The position numbers and the translations under genes were made by a program. DNA of 63,559 nucleotides, filler included, from Sluysia triapertura (lineage: Eukaryota): the NCBI GenBank assembly GCA_046118255.1. It is 5 parts of 5 records of this genome, joined end to end, with 100 filler letters (N's around TTAATTAATTAA, not from the genome) between each part and the next. Parts side by side here need not be neighbours in the genome. Positions count along the whole stretch, not along the records: positions 51,867 to 63,559 come from JBJNIA010179140.1; 4 more parts are not named here. One strand, given 5' to 3'. Shown here in pieces: positions 52,608 to 63,559 of this stretch. How positions within the stretch are numbered: position 1 is the first letter of the stretch; each line of letters opens with the position of its first letter. A model generated the notes under the pieces. The model was not told where the DNA came from and searched no databases. It saw only the letters and a program-made list of their open reading frames with translations.

Positions 52608-53039
52608 CATATTTACTTCACTTATATTTTCGAGTCGACTTAATTACGAATTTCATTCATACAAGTCCATTAGAATTATTCTCATTAATTGAAGTTTAAA
52701 CAAGTTCAAATGTATTTATTTATTTATTTATTTAATAAACCTTTATAATAAACAATTACAAATCATCATACAAACATAAAATATCATTATTTTAATTTCG
52801 CATATTCGTATATGTAGCTTTAAAATGTAGAACTTTAATATTAAGTACAATTTAGAAGTAATTTCTAGTTTATTTTTGATTTAATTCTAATTTTATTTTA
52901 GAATTAGAATATAAATTTGTCAATAAAAATAATTATTAAATTAGTTTCTTATTTGTGTACATTATTTAAGCATTATTTTTCATTGCGTACTTATTAATAA
53001 TAGAATAGTCAAAATCAGATTACATAAATAATAATAATG

Positions 53040-53222
53040 AATTAATTTATATTGCGCTCATATCTACTACAAAGTAAGCACTCAAAAGCGCTTAAAATAA
53101 TTCATTCATTATAATACTTCTGAAACAGAAACAACTTTGCCTTTTTCTTAAATATTTCATAATCTTCCAGTAATTTGGCATTCTCTGGTAGTACTGGTTG
53201 TATATTTTTGAAGCATAAATGG
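53040..53222 (-). repeat. Third (inverted) copy of the mariner-end-derived repeat
   Basis: Reverse complement of 34640-34812. Confidence 0.75.
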
Positions 53223-53224
53223 TA

Positions 53225-53700
53225 TAAATTTGATCCATTTTTGAATCAAATTGTCACTTGTGATAAAAATGGATCAAATATGACATGGATGAATCACCAA
53301 AGCGTAACTTTCATCTCAAGGAGCTGGTTGTGGTTTTCTAGACTTGTGATACATTAAGATTTCATGAAACTTGGTTCATCGATCATAGCAGAAATATTAT
53401 GCAATTAATTGGAATAAATAATTCAAAAAGTTAGAGAAAAGCAGCCTAGACTGGTCAGCACACACTGAACAAACGACTGTGGAAAAACTACAGAAATTTG
53501 AGTTTGAACTTCTTCATCATTCTCCACATTCACCAGACCTAGACGCCACTGATTACCACTTCTTCCACAATTTGGACAACTTTTTAATAAGAAAATAATT
53601 TAATTCCGACAATGATGTAAAACTGGTCTTCCATGAATTCATTGTCTCTCTTATGCCAGGGTTTTGTCACCAGTCTGAACAAAAGTGTATAGACAATATG
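53225..53700 (+). mobile_element. Mariner (DD34D) transposase remnant
   Basis: DPFLNQIVTCD and HSPHSPDLDATDYHFFHNLDNFL (YSPDLAP.DY.F motif). Confidence 0.85.
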
Positions 53701-54344
53701 AATAAAACGATACCTTGTTTTTGTAAGTTATCAACCAACTTTGCCTTTTTTCTACAAATTAATGATTTTTGAATTGATACAAAACTGTTAATACAAAAAT
53801 GATCGCTCAACTTGTACATTTGTTAACCTTCGCCTACCAGTCGGATCCAATGAAGCAGAGTGTAAATTTCAATAGTTATTTTCTGATTTTTAATGAAAAA
53901 ATTAACTTTGTTATGTATGTATTGTTTGTCAACTTTTATAATATTTAATACAATAAAATTTTCTAAACATGTATGAACAAATTTGGATCATTTCCTGAGA
54001 ACTTTTTTGCACTTTTTCGCATAAGAATTCACAAAAATAGTGTTATTTGAGATGTTGAATTGATTTGCAGTTATTGTGACCGATAGTTTTTATCTTCGTC
54101 AATTACAGTATCACCGATAAACTGAGTATTTTTGCACTTGTATTTGTGAAATACATTTAGAATGTCTTGTTTTCTTTCACTTCTGCGACATATTTATGAT
54201 CCGTCATCAATGAGTTAATTTTAAATTCATTTTGAAGTAATAATTTGACATTCAATTTAATAAACAAAATATTTATTGATTACTAAATTTAATGAATAAA
54301 AATATTTAATGGACAATAAATATAATGAACGACAATGTTTATTG

Positions 54345-54875
54345 CAAAGGTGAGCAAACTAGTGGCGAGCCTCTGGATTTGTTAGATTTTACAAACAAAG
54401 TTTTGTTTTTTCTTTGAATATTTTTTGTTATTTTTTACCAATTCTAGTAATTCCATTATCTAATTCCATAATTTATGTTCTTGATGTAGAACAATCACCA
54501 AGAATAAAATTTCAAAGCAAGTATACTTACAAATTCAAATTCATAAAGCAATTATACATGTGCACTAGAGATGTTATGCTATTCGGTATTCTGATATCTT
54601 TTAGATGTTAATTAAAAATAACGTTAACAGACTTCTGTCACAATCGCGAAATAGCAGTTATTAAATAACAGCGACGTGTTGAAAAAATATTAATAATATT
54701 GCATTTTGATATAAAGAATTAGAATTTAATTTTGTTAATTTTTCTTTATTTTTGCTAAAGAATTAGAACTGTTGCTGTTCATAATATTTAATTTATAAGA
54801 AACATAAAAATACATTTTGTTATTAAAAAGGTGTTTATTTTATTTATGAAGTTTTTTATAGTGGCATTCTGATTT
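54345..54875. mobile_element. Second copy of the hAT-like element (left TIR, no right TIR seen)
   Basis: CAAAGGTGAGCAAACT then sequence colinear with 1924-2385. Confidence 0.7.
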
Positions 54876-55169
54876 TTTATTAAAATTTTATTGAATAAGA
54901 AAGGGTTTTTGTGATAAAATCCTACAATAACTTCGTAAGTATCCTACGAATATAAGAATACATTTTTATACATAAAATTCAAATATATTAATTTATATAT
55001 CTCTAATATCTACTATAAAATTAGTATTCACTCATTATAATATTTCTGCAATAGAAATTCTTCGTATTCTTCCAATAATTCAACCTTTCATTGTTGTACA
55101 TTTTCGAAATATATCCTACACTTATCTTATTATTACTGTAGATTCTGTATAAATTATTATATATTAATG

Positions 55170-55400
55170 ACATTTTCCTTTATAAATATATTTATCATGA
55201 TTTTGAATTTTATTCTTGCTTTTATTGGTAACCATTGTAATTCACTTTTCACTTTTTGGTGTGGAATTAGTTTTGTCATATCTTTATTAATAGATTTTCC
55301 TATATTTAAAGCACAGTTAATATAATTCAAAAAAGCATTGTTATTGGTTATATATTATTTAATCAATCAAAACAAATAGTAAACAAAATAATAACAAAAA
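55170..55400 (-). mobile_element. CR1/L2-type LINE 3' remnant
   Basis: VKSELQWLPIKARIKFKI matches the L.WLP...RI.FKI post-RT motif. Confidence 0.6.
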
Positions 55401-56317
55401 TTTATAATTTAATTTATATAAAATATCATTAAATTTAGTGTCACTGTAATATTTTAACATGTTTATAATTATAAATATTAATAAATATAATCATTGACTT
55501 TGATGATTATGATGAAATGCTTACAAGGTGGTCTTGATATTTGATTATAAATATTATGATTATAATAGTAATAACAAAATTTTATTGTTCAATATTACAT
55601 ATTTTATATTTTTGTAATATTTATCATTATTGTAAAAGTATTTTGTATAACAAAGTTAATTTTTTCACGAAACAGATTTATTTAAAAAGTGAAGAAGTTA
55701 AAACAATTTTCAGGTAACATATTACTAAAAAATAACTAGAGAAATTTACCTTTTAATTTTATATTTTAATAGTCGTGCAACCCCACAACTGTACACCTTA
55801 TTCTTAAACACTACAATCAAAATCAATTAACAATTTACATACCATAAACAACATACTTTTAATTCAAGCAACTTATTTGTAACAGAGAGCATCAAAACAC
55901 TAGTAATAGTATATATTTTAATAACACAAACATCTCTTCCTAAAATTATCTAGCTAAATAATTACTTACTTTTTCATTTTATACACTCTCTCACACTAAC
56001 AAATTATTTCACAGTAGCAGCATGCTTTCGTACATTATTATTATTACCATGATTTACATAATAGTAGTCACTATATACGAGTGGTGCTGGTAATACAATC
56101 ATTTATCAAATATTCTTTTTTGACAGATTCATTAATCAGACATATAGGTATTAGAATATTTTGTATGAATAATAAATACCTTTTATGCTTTCTATTTTCG
56201 CAGTGTAAAATCTGAAATTATAAATTATAATAAATGAAAATGAAATATACTTTTAAAAAATCAATTTTTTGTATCGCATATATTATGTTATAAATTGTTA
56301 TATTAATAGGTTATAAT

Positions 56318-56735
56318 GTTTTATCTCATGTTATATTTGATTTAGATGATACATTAATTTTATTTGGTAAAGCACTAAATGAAGTCTTAAAACCTTAGAG
56401 AACATGTATTAGGTAAATTACCTTATGGAATTAGTGAAGCATCAATTAATAAGGATATAGTACCAGAACCTAAATCAGAATTACATAAAAGCTATAATCT
56501 TGTTAAAGCAAATGTTCTTAGAAATATTAAATTGAAACTTGGTGTTAAACTATTAGTCGAACATTTTTGGAAAAATAATAATCAAATGGCGATTCGTCGA
56601 TAGAGTAGAGAAAAATTCGTCATCATGTTAATTAACAGATATATTCATTGAAGCTTTTGAACGATTTAAATAAAACTCGTACTTATAATCCAAGAAACGT
56701 TGTGGTTTTCGAAGATAGCTATAAAGGAGTATTTG
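56318..56735 (+). pseudogene. HAD-superfamily hydrolase relic (HDHD1/PUDP-like), intronless
   Basis: SHVIFDLDDTLI (motif I), LKLGVKLLVEHF, DIFIEAFERF, NPRNVVVFEDSYKGV (motif IV); stops, frameshifts, deletions. Confidence 0.75.
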
Positions 56736-57804
56736 GAATTTTGAATAGTAAATCTATCCATAAACAATTTGAACTAGATCTTCATTTTGTTAACATATGG
56801 TCATTCTTTTAATAACCCTTTTTATCATAAATAGTAATGAATAAAGATATTATAAATAAAACACATAAAAATCGAATAAAACCTTCATAAGTGTTAAAAA
56901 ATAAGAAGATAGAGTGTAGAAATTGGAATAAAATAATAAAATAATCATCCCCAAAAAACAAGCGATAATAAAACACGAATAATACAAGCAAGCACTTAGC
57001 TAACAAGGCGGATGTAATTGAATAAAAGTACAAAGCAAGACCTGTAATAGGGAGTGTGAATAGAAGACCAAACAGATATAATCTACTACAGAATGAAAAG
57101 TTGATTAGAGATACTCAAACTTCAAAAAATACTGCATAAATGATGTAGTTGGCAAATGAAATGCATGTTTAGAATTTTAAGTTATCACTTCACATTATTT
57201 ATTACTTGTTAGATCGAATTATTAATCCAAACTAGATTAAATTACGTGAAATTTAAAACATTTTCGGACACCACAATATCCAAACACATTATTTAATAAA
57301 TTTTACAGAAATAGAGTTATTTGTGGAATTACTGCTCATTATTTTATTTGGTTGACTTAACTTGATTTAGAAAAATGAGAATATTGAACTTCAATCACCA
57401 CTTCTATCTATGACATAAGAAATTGTAACACGAAATATTAACTTAGATTTGAAGCCAAAAGTAAGTGATATTGCTAATTGTAGTGAACTCCGCATCTGCA
57501 CATTACAATCACAAATCAACACTTCATACATAAACAAGTTACGAGATATATTCAAAACATAAACAGTCATAATTTATAATTATAATAATAATTACTCATA
57601 TAATAATTTTCACAATATCGTAATAATAATTCTGTTATGTAATTGTCAATAACTTTTGTCACAATGCTTTCCTCTTTCGCTCTTTATGTGTGTCTTTATT
57701 TTATCCACATTTTTATTTTTCTCATATTACTGCTGCCATAACTATTATTACCGTTTACAATCCGTCAATTGTGAATACATAAATTTGTTTATTTATTTAT
57801 ACAG

Positions 57805-58028
57805 TTTATTATACGTTAGACCAAGGGCAAAGGGATGATGCGCAACGGTTTGCAATAGTAGAATTTATAACAATTGAAAATGTTCCATCTGGAACTATTA
57901 TTAATGGACTGAAGTTAAAATTGAATAGTTATGTAACTATTAATAGTATTACTGGATGTTCTGCTGAAGTGGCACCGCATCCTGAAGACAGATGGCAACA
58001 AATATCAGGACCACAACCTTTTACGTAA
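57805..58028 (+). CDS. Candidate coding exon (73 open codons), product unknown
   Basis: tttatttatacag acceptor; open frame YYTLDQGQRDDAQRFAIVEF...APHPEDRWQQISGPQPFT*, GC-richer than flanks. Confidence 0.4.
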
Positions 58029-58606
58029 TAAGTTACTGTGACTGTATATATAGTCAGTTTGACATCCGGCATTATCTAGCATCATCATCATCATTGCCTC
58101 GAATTCTAATTCAGCTGACATGATTCGATGTTGTTTTAACTATTATTATCATCGGCAACTATTTTTCCATCTTCATTTGCATGATTATGATTGTTAGTCT
58201 TGTCACCATCGGAAGTTGACTTCGTAGAGCATTTTATATTCATATTTAATAGCTCTACCTCACCCTTGTATACAAGCAACCTCGCATGGATGTACAAGTC
58301 TTTTTAAAAGTAACCAAGCTTCTACTACAAACTACCGGTCCATAGTTTCTCAAATCTTCTTTAATACTAGTTCAGTCCATTCTTCCTTCGTGGCAGCTAG
58401 ACCCCAATAGTCGGGGTATCGAATTCGAGTGATTCATCAAGAAGATCAGCTGCTTCAGGGTTTATTAGTTGACGATGAAATCATTGAACAAAGTAAAACC
58501 GAAAAATAAAAAGAAGAAAAGCGAAACATATACACAATTCAAGCTTTGTCAAAGAAAACCTTTGGAAAGTTTTAAATAATGAAGCTGAGGCAAGAAAATA
58601 ACTGAT

Positions 58607-59190
58607 ATGGAAGAATCATTTATTTTAAAACACATTTCACTTTTCCTCAAAAATGGCTACAATTTTCATCTCTATATGTTTCATGGCGGTACAAATTTTG
58701 GCTTTATGAATGGAGCAAGTTTATCATATTTTCATCCTAATTATGATTATGGTGTACCATTGTCCGAGGATGGAAGACCTAATAATAAATACTAAGAAAA
58801 GCATTATTAAATCATTTATCAAATAGTAAGGATTTCAAAATGGATGATGCACAGCCAGGAAATCATAGTAAAGTTGCGATGACTCGTTACTTGAAATTAT
58901 CATCGCTTTTAGAACGCCAAATTATCTACCGAGCTTATCTCAGTATAAGAATTGAACTTGCCGTCCGGATCTGGTCAAAATTTCGGTTTCATTTCGAACT
59001 CTATATATCTTTTGAAAAGTTAGAGACAGAGCAATTGTATTGGTTAATGGTGAACCAATCAGCACAATACATCATAATTTGGATGATGTGGCATTGAGAA
59101 ATAATGTTAAAACTAAAGCTACCATCTTTTTATTGAGTTAATTATGTTCAATTTCAGTATGAAGATTTTGTTGAGCAAAGAAAAGGCTTG
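58607..59190 (+). pseudogene. GH35 beta-galactosidase-like (GLB1L-type) relic, intronless
   Basis: LYMFHGGTNFGFMNGA, YDYGVPLSEDG...KY, SGQNFGFI, RDRAIVLVNG, EQRKGL colinear but separated by stops, frameshifts and deletions. Confidence 0.85.
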
Positions 59191-60235
59191 TATCGATAAA
59201 GAGAAGTTAACTGACAAAGCTAACCTAATCCACATTAACCACGTAAATCATTTATAACAATTACTGGACCAGACTTGTTGTGTTAATTCGTTGTTCATTA
59301 ATGAATTAGTGTTATGTAACAAATCAGATAACTTCTGAAGAGTATTCATTTCATCTCCCCGAGTGTTAATTCATTTTTTATTAAAAATTTCAATAATTCC
59401 GTAGATTATCGGATTGCAGTATATTTTCAATAGTTTCTTCATCATTTATTGCAGACTCAGTCATTGATAGTATTTTAGAAATTAATATTTAATAAAATAA
59501 TTAATTTGACTTGAAAAACGTCTAATCTGTCAATTGAAATATATAATAATAGCAGTATTATTATATCAAATGATTTCAATCCATTTCATATTTTTTTATC
59601 ATTGAGTAGTCTAAAATTATAAAAATTAAATATACAATTAAAAAATTAATAATAATTATTAAAGCCCAAGATAACAAAATTTTAATCAATCGTGTTAATT
59701 CATTTAAAAATTACTTGCTGTAGCTTTTTATCATTATGGCTATAATAATATTTATCACATCAGCATCATGCCAATGCGGTAATTGGTTCAACGTAATGAA
59801 GTGTTTTGAATATTTAAATCTCTGTTCATCTGGATATAGACTCCTGGCCAAACTAGTTTTCAAGAGTCCTGTATTGGCTTATCTATTAAAAGTGCAACAG
59901 GTGACTAATGTGATTGTATATAACGCAAGCTTAAATCTAGCATGTTTTCTATACACGTTTGTTTTTAATCTTTCTAATTTTGTTTTTTATTTCATTAATA
60001 TAAGTAAATTGTTTAATTCGTTTTCATCAGTATTACTAATATTAATAATCTTGGTGAAATTAAGCATAATGTTCATAATACTAGTAATCTTACTGTTAAT
60101 AAAGTATATAAGGAGTATTACCTAAATTTTGGTTACGACCATTTTAATTAATCAATAAAATTATATTATGTAATCAATCAATAATATAAATTATTCTATA
60201 ATACTAATATATATTGTACTACTTTTATTCTTCAG

Positions 60236-60348
60236 ATCCAGCAATGATATTCATAGTTTATCCTCAAGCTTTGGCCACGTTACCTGGAGCTCAGTTCTGG
60301 TCTGTTATATTCTTCATCATGTTGTGCATGCTGGGTTTAGATAGTGCT
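60236..60348 (+). CDS. Internal exon of an SLC6 sodium:neurotransmitter symporter (monoamine-transporter-like, EL4-TM8)
   Basis: ttcttcag acceptor, gtgagt donor, 113 nt, phase 1/0; (D)PAMIFIVYPQALATLPGAQFWSVIFFIMLCMLGLDSA matches the GP.L.F..YP.A...FW...FF.ML..LGLDS motif. Confidence 0.9.
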
Positions 60349-60669
60349 GTGAGTGAGTCTACATTTATTACTAAGTTTATTATTGTGACTTACCAGGTTT
60401 TTCTATTCTCTGAAGAATCTTTTGAATTCCAAAATAACTTAACATGAAATTTATTTTGAAAAATCTCATTGCGAAGCTTTTGGGCATATTTTGAAAATCT
60501 GCTATTTGTTATAGGATCATCAAATTCATTAGTAAATTGTATAAAATAATTATTTTTTAATAAAGCAAATTTTAAAAATTCAATTTTTACAATTTAAAAC
60601 ACTTAATACGTTGAACGGCATGGGAGTCACTTGCGACCTCAATGAATTAAATGAATGATTGCAAGAATT

Positions 60670-61130
60670 AACTGTTCTGTTGTAAATAATATTTCATCAA
60701 AATATGCAAGCCATGTAAAATTAGAGTGGTATTCAACGTGTTAAGGCGTTTGTCGATAACCCTAAATAATATGAACACAACTTGAAGCATAAGAACGAGA
60801 AGCAACACCAGCAAAAAGATGCTTAACCTAATGCATAACAGACTATGTATGATGAAATTGAAATCATCTGGACCGATGCAACTAATTGAAATGAATGTTC
60901 TGAAAATGTCATTTGTTACATTATGAATATCTAGCAAGTTATTATTGCTAGATATTAATAACTTAAATAATTTTCTAAACATAACTCATCTTGATGCATC
61001 AAATTAATCAGCATGTTCATAATATTCACATCTACAATGTACTGACGAATTACCCAACAATCACACTGTAATGGAGTGAAAGTTACTTTCAAATATTTAT
61101 AACTATTTTATTGGCCAGCAAATTAAATCG
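60670..61130 (-). pseudogene. Possible LRR-CT + transmembrane protein relic
   Basis: TPLQCDCW (NP..CDC cap-like, ~61050-61077) followed by hydrophobic LSIFLLVLLLVLMLQVVFIL; stops between. Confidence 0.3.
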
Positions 61131-62389
61131 TTTTAATTTGATTTTTTAATTATTAATTCACAAATTGTAAAACTAATTTACAAATTATATGGTCGTAACA
61201 ATGACATGTGTTTCTGCATAATCATAGCATAAAATGTATTTATTTGATGCTCCTGAAAGAGTTTGAGTCTAGCTTTGTTTTGATTGGTGTGTTTTGAACG
61301 TAAAATGTGCCAATTGTGGTTATTACAACTGTTTTTACTGCCAAATAAACTTCGATATCGTTCACAATTTTAAATCATTACATCAATAAAGAACGATAAA
61401 ATGAAATAACAGAAGATAAAATTTAAAATTTAAGTTGATGTAAGATAAGATGGTCGAAGGTTTGAAGATAATGTAAAAGAAATTGTTAATGTGTGACAGC
61501 GAATGAAGATGTATGAATGGGTGGTTATAGATAAATTGTTAATGTAGTAGAGATGTTTCATGTTCTTATTGAGAGATGGTAGTTTTGGGCCTTGACTCAC
61601 CACAAGGATAGAGTTTTCTTGGGTTATATATGTGCTATGTATACAATTGCAAGAAAAACAGTCCAGGAATAATATGTTCGAATGACCGATATTGAGTGAA
61701 TTCAGAATGTAAGCTGAGATATTGTGGAAGTATCCTGAACTATCGATCTAACAACTTCAACGATAATGACAGAAATTAGTAAACATGAACAGATTTTCTT
61801 CACAAATGAACATTAAATGTATAATGTAATTTACACTATACTTCATAGATCTTCTAATGTAGTTACAAATGATATGTTGTTCATGTTTCACTGATTCGTC
61901 TCTAAAGAAAGACTAGGGTTTATTTCAACCGCAATTCGTAGCAAATTTAACAGATTTCCTTCTCGGTGGTTTATAATGTTTAATTTTATGATCATAATCT
62001 AAAAGACGCAATCAACCGCATCCTCGTACATAAGACAACTACATCATCTAGCTATTTCGGTTGGATTATAAACAAAATTTATTAAAATGCACACAAAACA
62101 AACTTTTAATAACAAGCCCAGTGGAATTATTGATTTTTTTAAGTACAACACAATTTGTATTATATTTGTAATAATGCTTAATTTTATTCATTTATTTATT
62201 TAAATTTAAAAAATCGATATTTAATAAAAATGAATTTTTTTCCACAAACCTGGAAATTGTTTTTGAAGATTATTACGTTATTTTATGCGAAAAGTTATTT
62301 CAAGAGATCTTAAACGAAGTTCATCATAGTAGATTTACATTATCAAGTCGTAGTACTCTTTCAATGAGTTAGTTTTTCCAAGGTACAGC

Positions 62390-62815
62390 CAGGGCCGGAT
62401 CTAGGGTTTTGAGCGACCCGAGCAAACAAAATTTGGCGCTCTTTCACACAAGAATATACAAATAGTAAAAAAAGGCTAAAAACTGAAAATTAAACAATAA
62501 AGAACGGCGTAAAAAAATTATTTATTTATCGAAACAGCATATGGAATAACATAACGAGAGTATTTGAAGTTTGAGCGACGAAGGAGTTTCCATATGTGTA
62601 ACGTACAAGATTTTTTGTGTTAATTTTTTTTGAAAATCAGTTTGTAATTAGCGTTTTGTGACCTTTATTTGATATTATTAAAGAAAAAAATTAATTGCTT
62701 GATAAAAAATCGATGTCTCATGAAAAATGATCGATTTTAATTTATAAAATCTAAAAAAATAATGAATGTAAAAAAATATTTTTTTATTTGGCTTCCAGGG
62801 CAGTCGCCCGGCTTT
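62390..62815. mobile_element. hAT-like element left end
   Basis: CAGGGCCGGATCTAGG terminus with GC-rich subterminal motifs; a right-end-like GATCCGGCCTG is seen separately at ~42011. Confidence 0.5.
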
Positions 62816-63559
62816 GTGCGATGTGTGCGAGTCTGTTTGACAGTTGAGGTTGTGTTTAGAATGATGTTATAAGCCGAGTTTGAATGTGACTCACTTGTTT
62901 TATGTAAAACATTTGAAAATAGTCAAATGTAATTTTTACTTATGAAGTAAGTGATAATGTACTTATGAAAATGTATAAGTACATTTAGAATTACTTATCA
63001 TAGTGTGAAAACATAAAATTTTGTTAATACCTAAAAGTACACTAAAAAATAATCTCTTTCTTATCATCTTGTTAGATGCATTTAATATTACATTTATAAC
63101 TTTGATCACGTTTGATCTTAGATTTGACAAAAATTCTACATTGTTTATAAGTCATGATTCTAGTTATTACTTATGAATTTAATTAAGATAAAAAACTTAC
63201 ACTTACAAAATATTATCTGAGAGTCGGTTCGCCTAATATGCACGGATTATATCGACGTGGAAGACGTGCTATTAGGAATTTTTGAAACGAACTGTAAGAA
63301 AGTAAATAGGTTGCCTAAGCTACATTTATGCAAAACTATAACAAATGTTATTTTATTTTTATTTATTTTATATTACACTAGCCGTGTTACGATCTAGTAT
63401 GTAAAAAATCCTATTTTTTACTAGCCTTGTGTTGAGTCTTGAATTCAAATTATTAATTAAAACTGAATATTTAAATTAATCAAAAAATTGCTTTTATTTT
63501 CAAATTAAAAAGAACAAATCAATCTATATTAACTACAAAAATCAAATATCAGAAAAGGA

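Overview
Very AT-rich eukaryotic (invertebrate; several motifs look nematode-like, but the taxon cannot be fixed from sequence alone) genomic DNA. It consists of five pieces joined by identical 100-bp spacers (44 N + TTAATTAATTAA + 44 N), so adjacency across spacers is unproven. Apparently intact genes are few: an intronless secreted cyclophilin B, a small RanBP2/NZF zinc-finger gene split by 36- and 31-nt micro-introns (missed by the ORF track), and one isolated 113-bp exon of an SLC6 monoamine-type transporter. The rest is transposon debris (Tc3-like, mariner, piggyBac, hAT, Penelope, CR1/L2, Gypsy, a tRNA-Arg-like SINE), microsatellites, and an unusually dense set of intronless, deletion-riddled relics of unrelated host genes (OGT, YIPF3, HDHD1/PUDP, GH35 beta-galactosidase, others). 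The most striking object is a ~5-kb decayed NeSL/Utopia-type RLE non-LTR retrotransposon. It has two Ulp1-like protease domains flanking zinc fingers, its RT catalytic core is deleted in frame, and its poly(A) end abuts the anticodon arm of a tRNA-Arg-like sequence. All homology calls come from manual translation and recalled family motifs; no database search was run.
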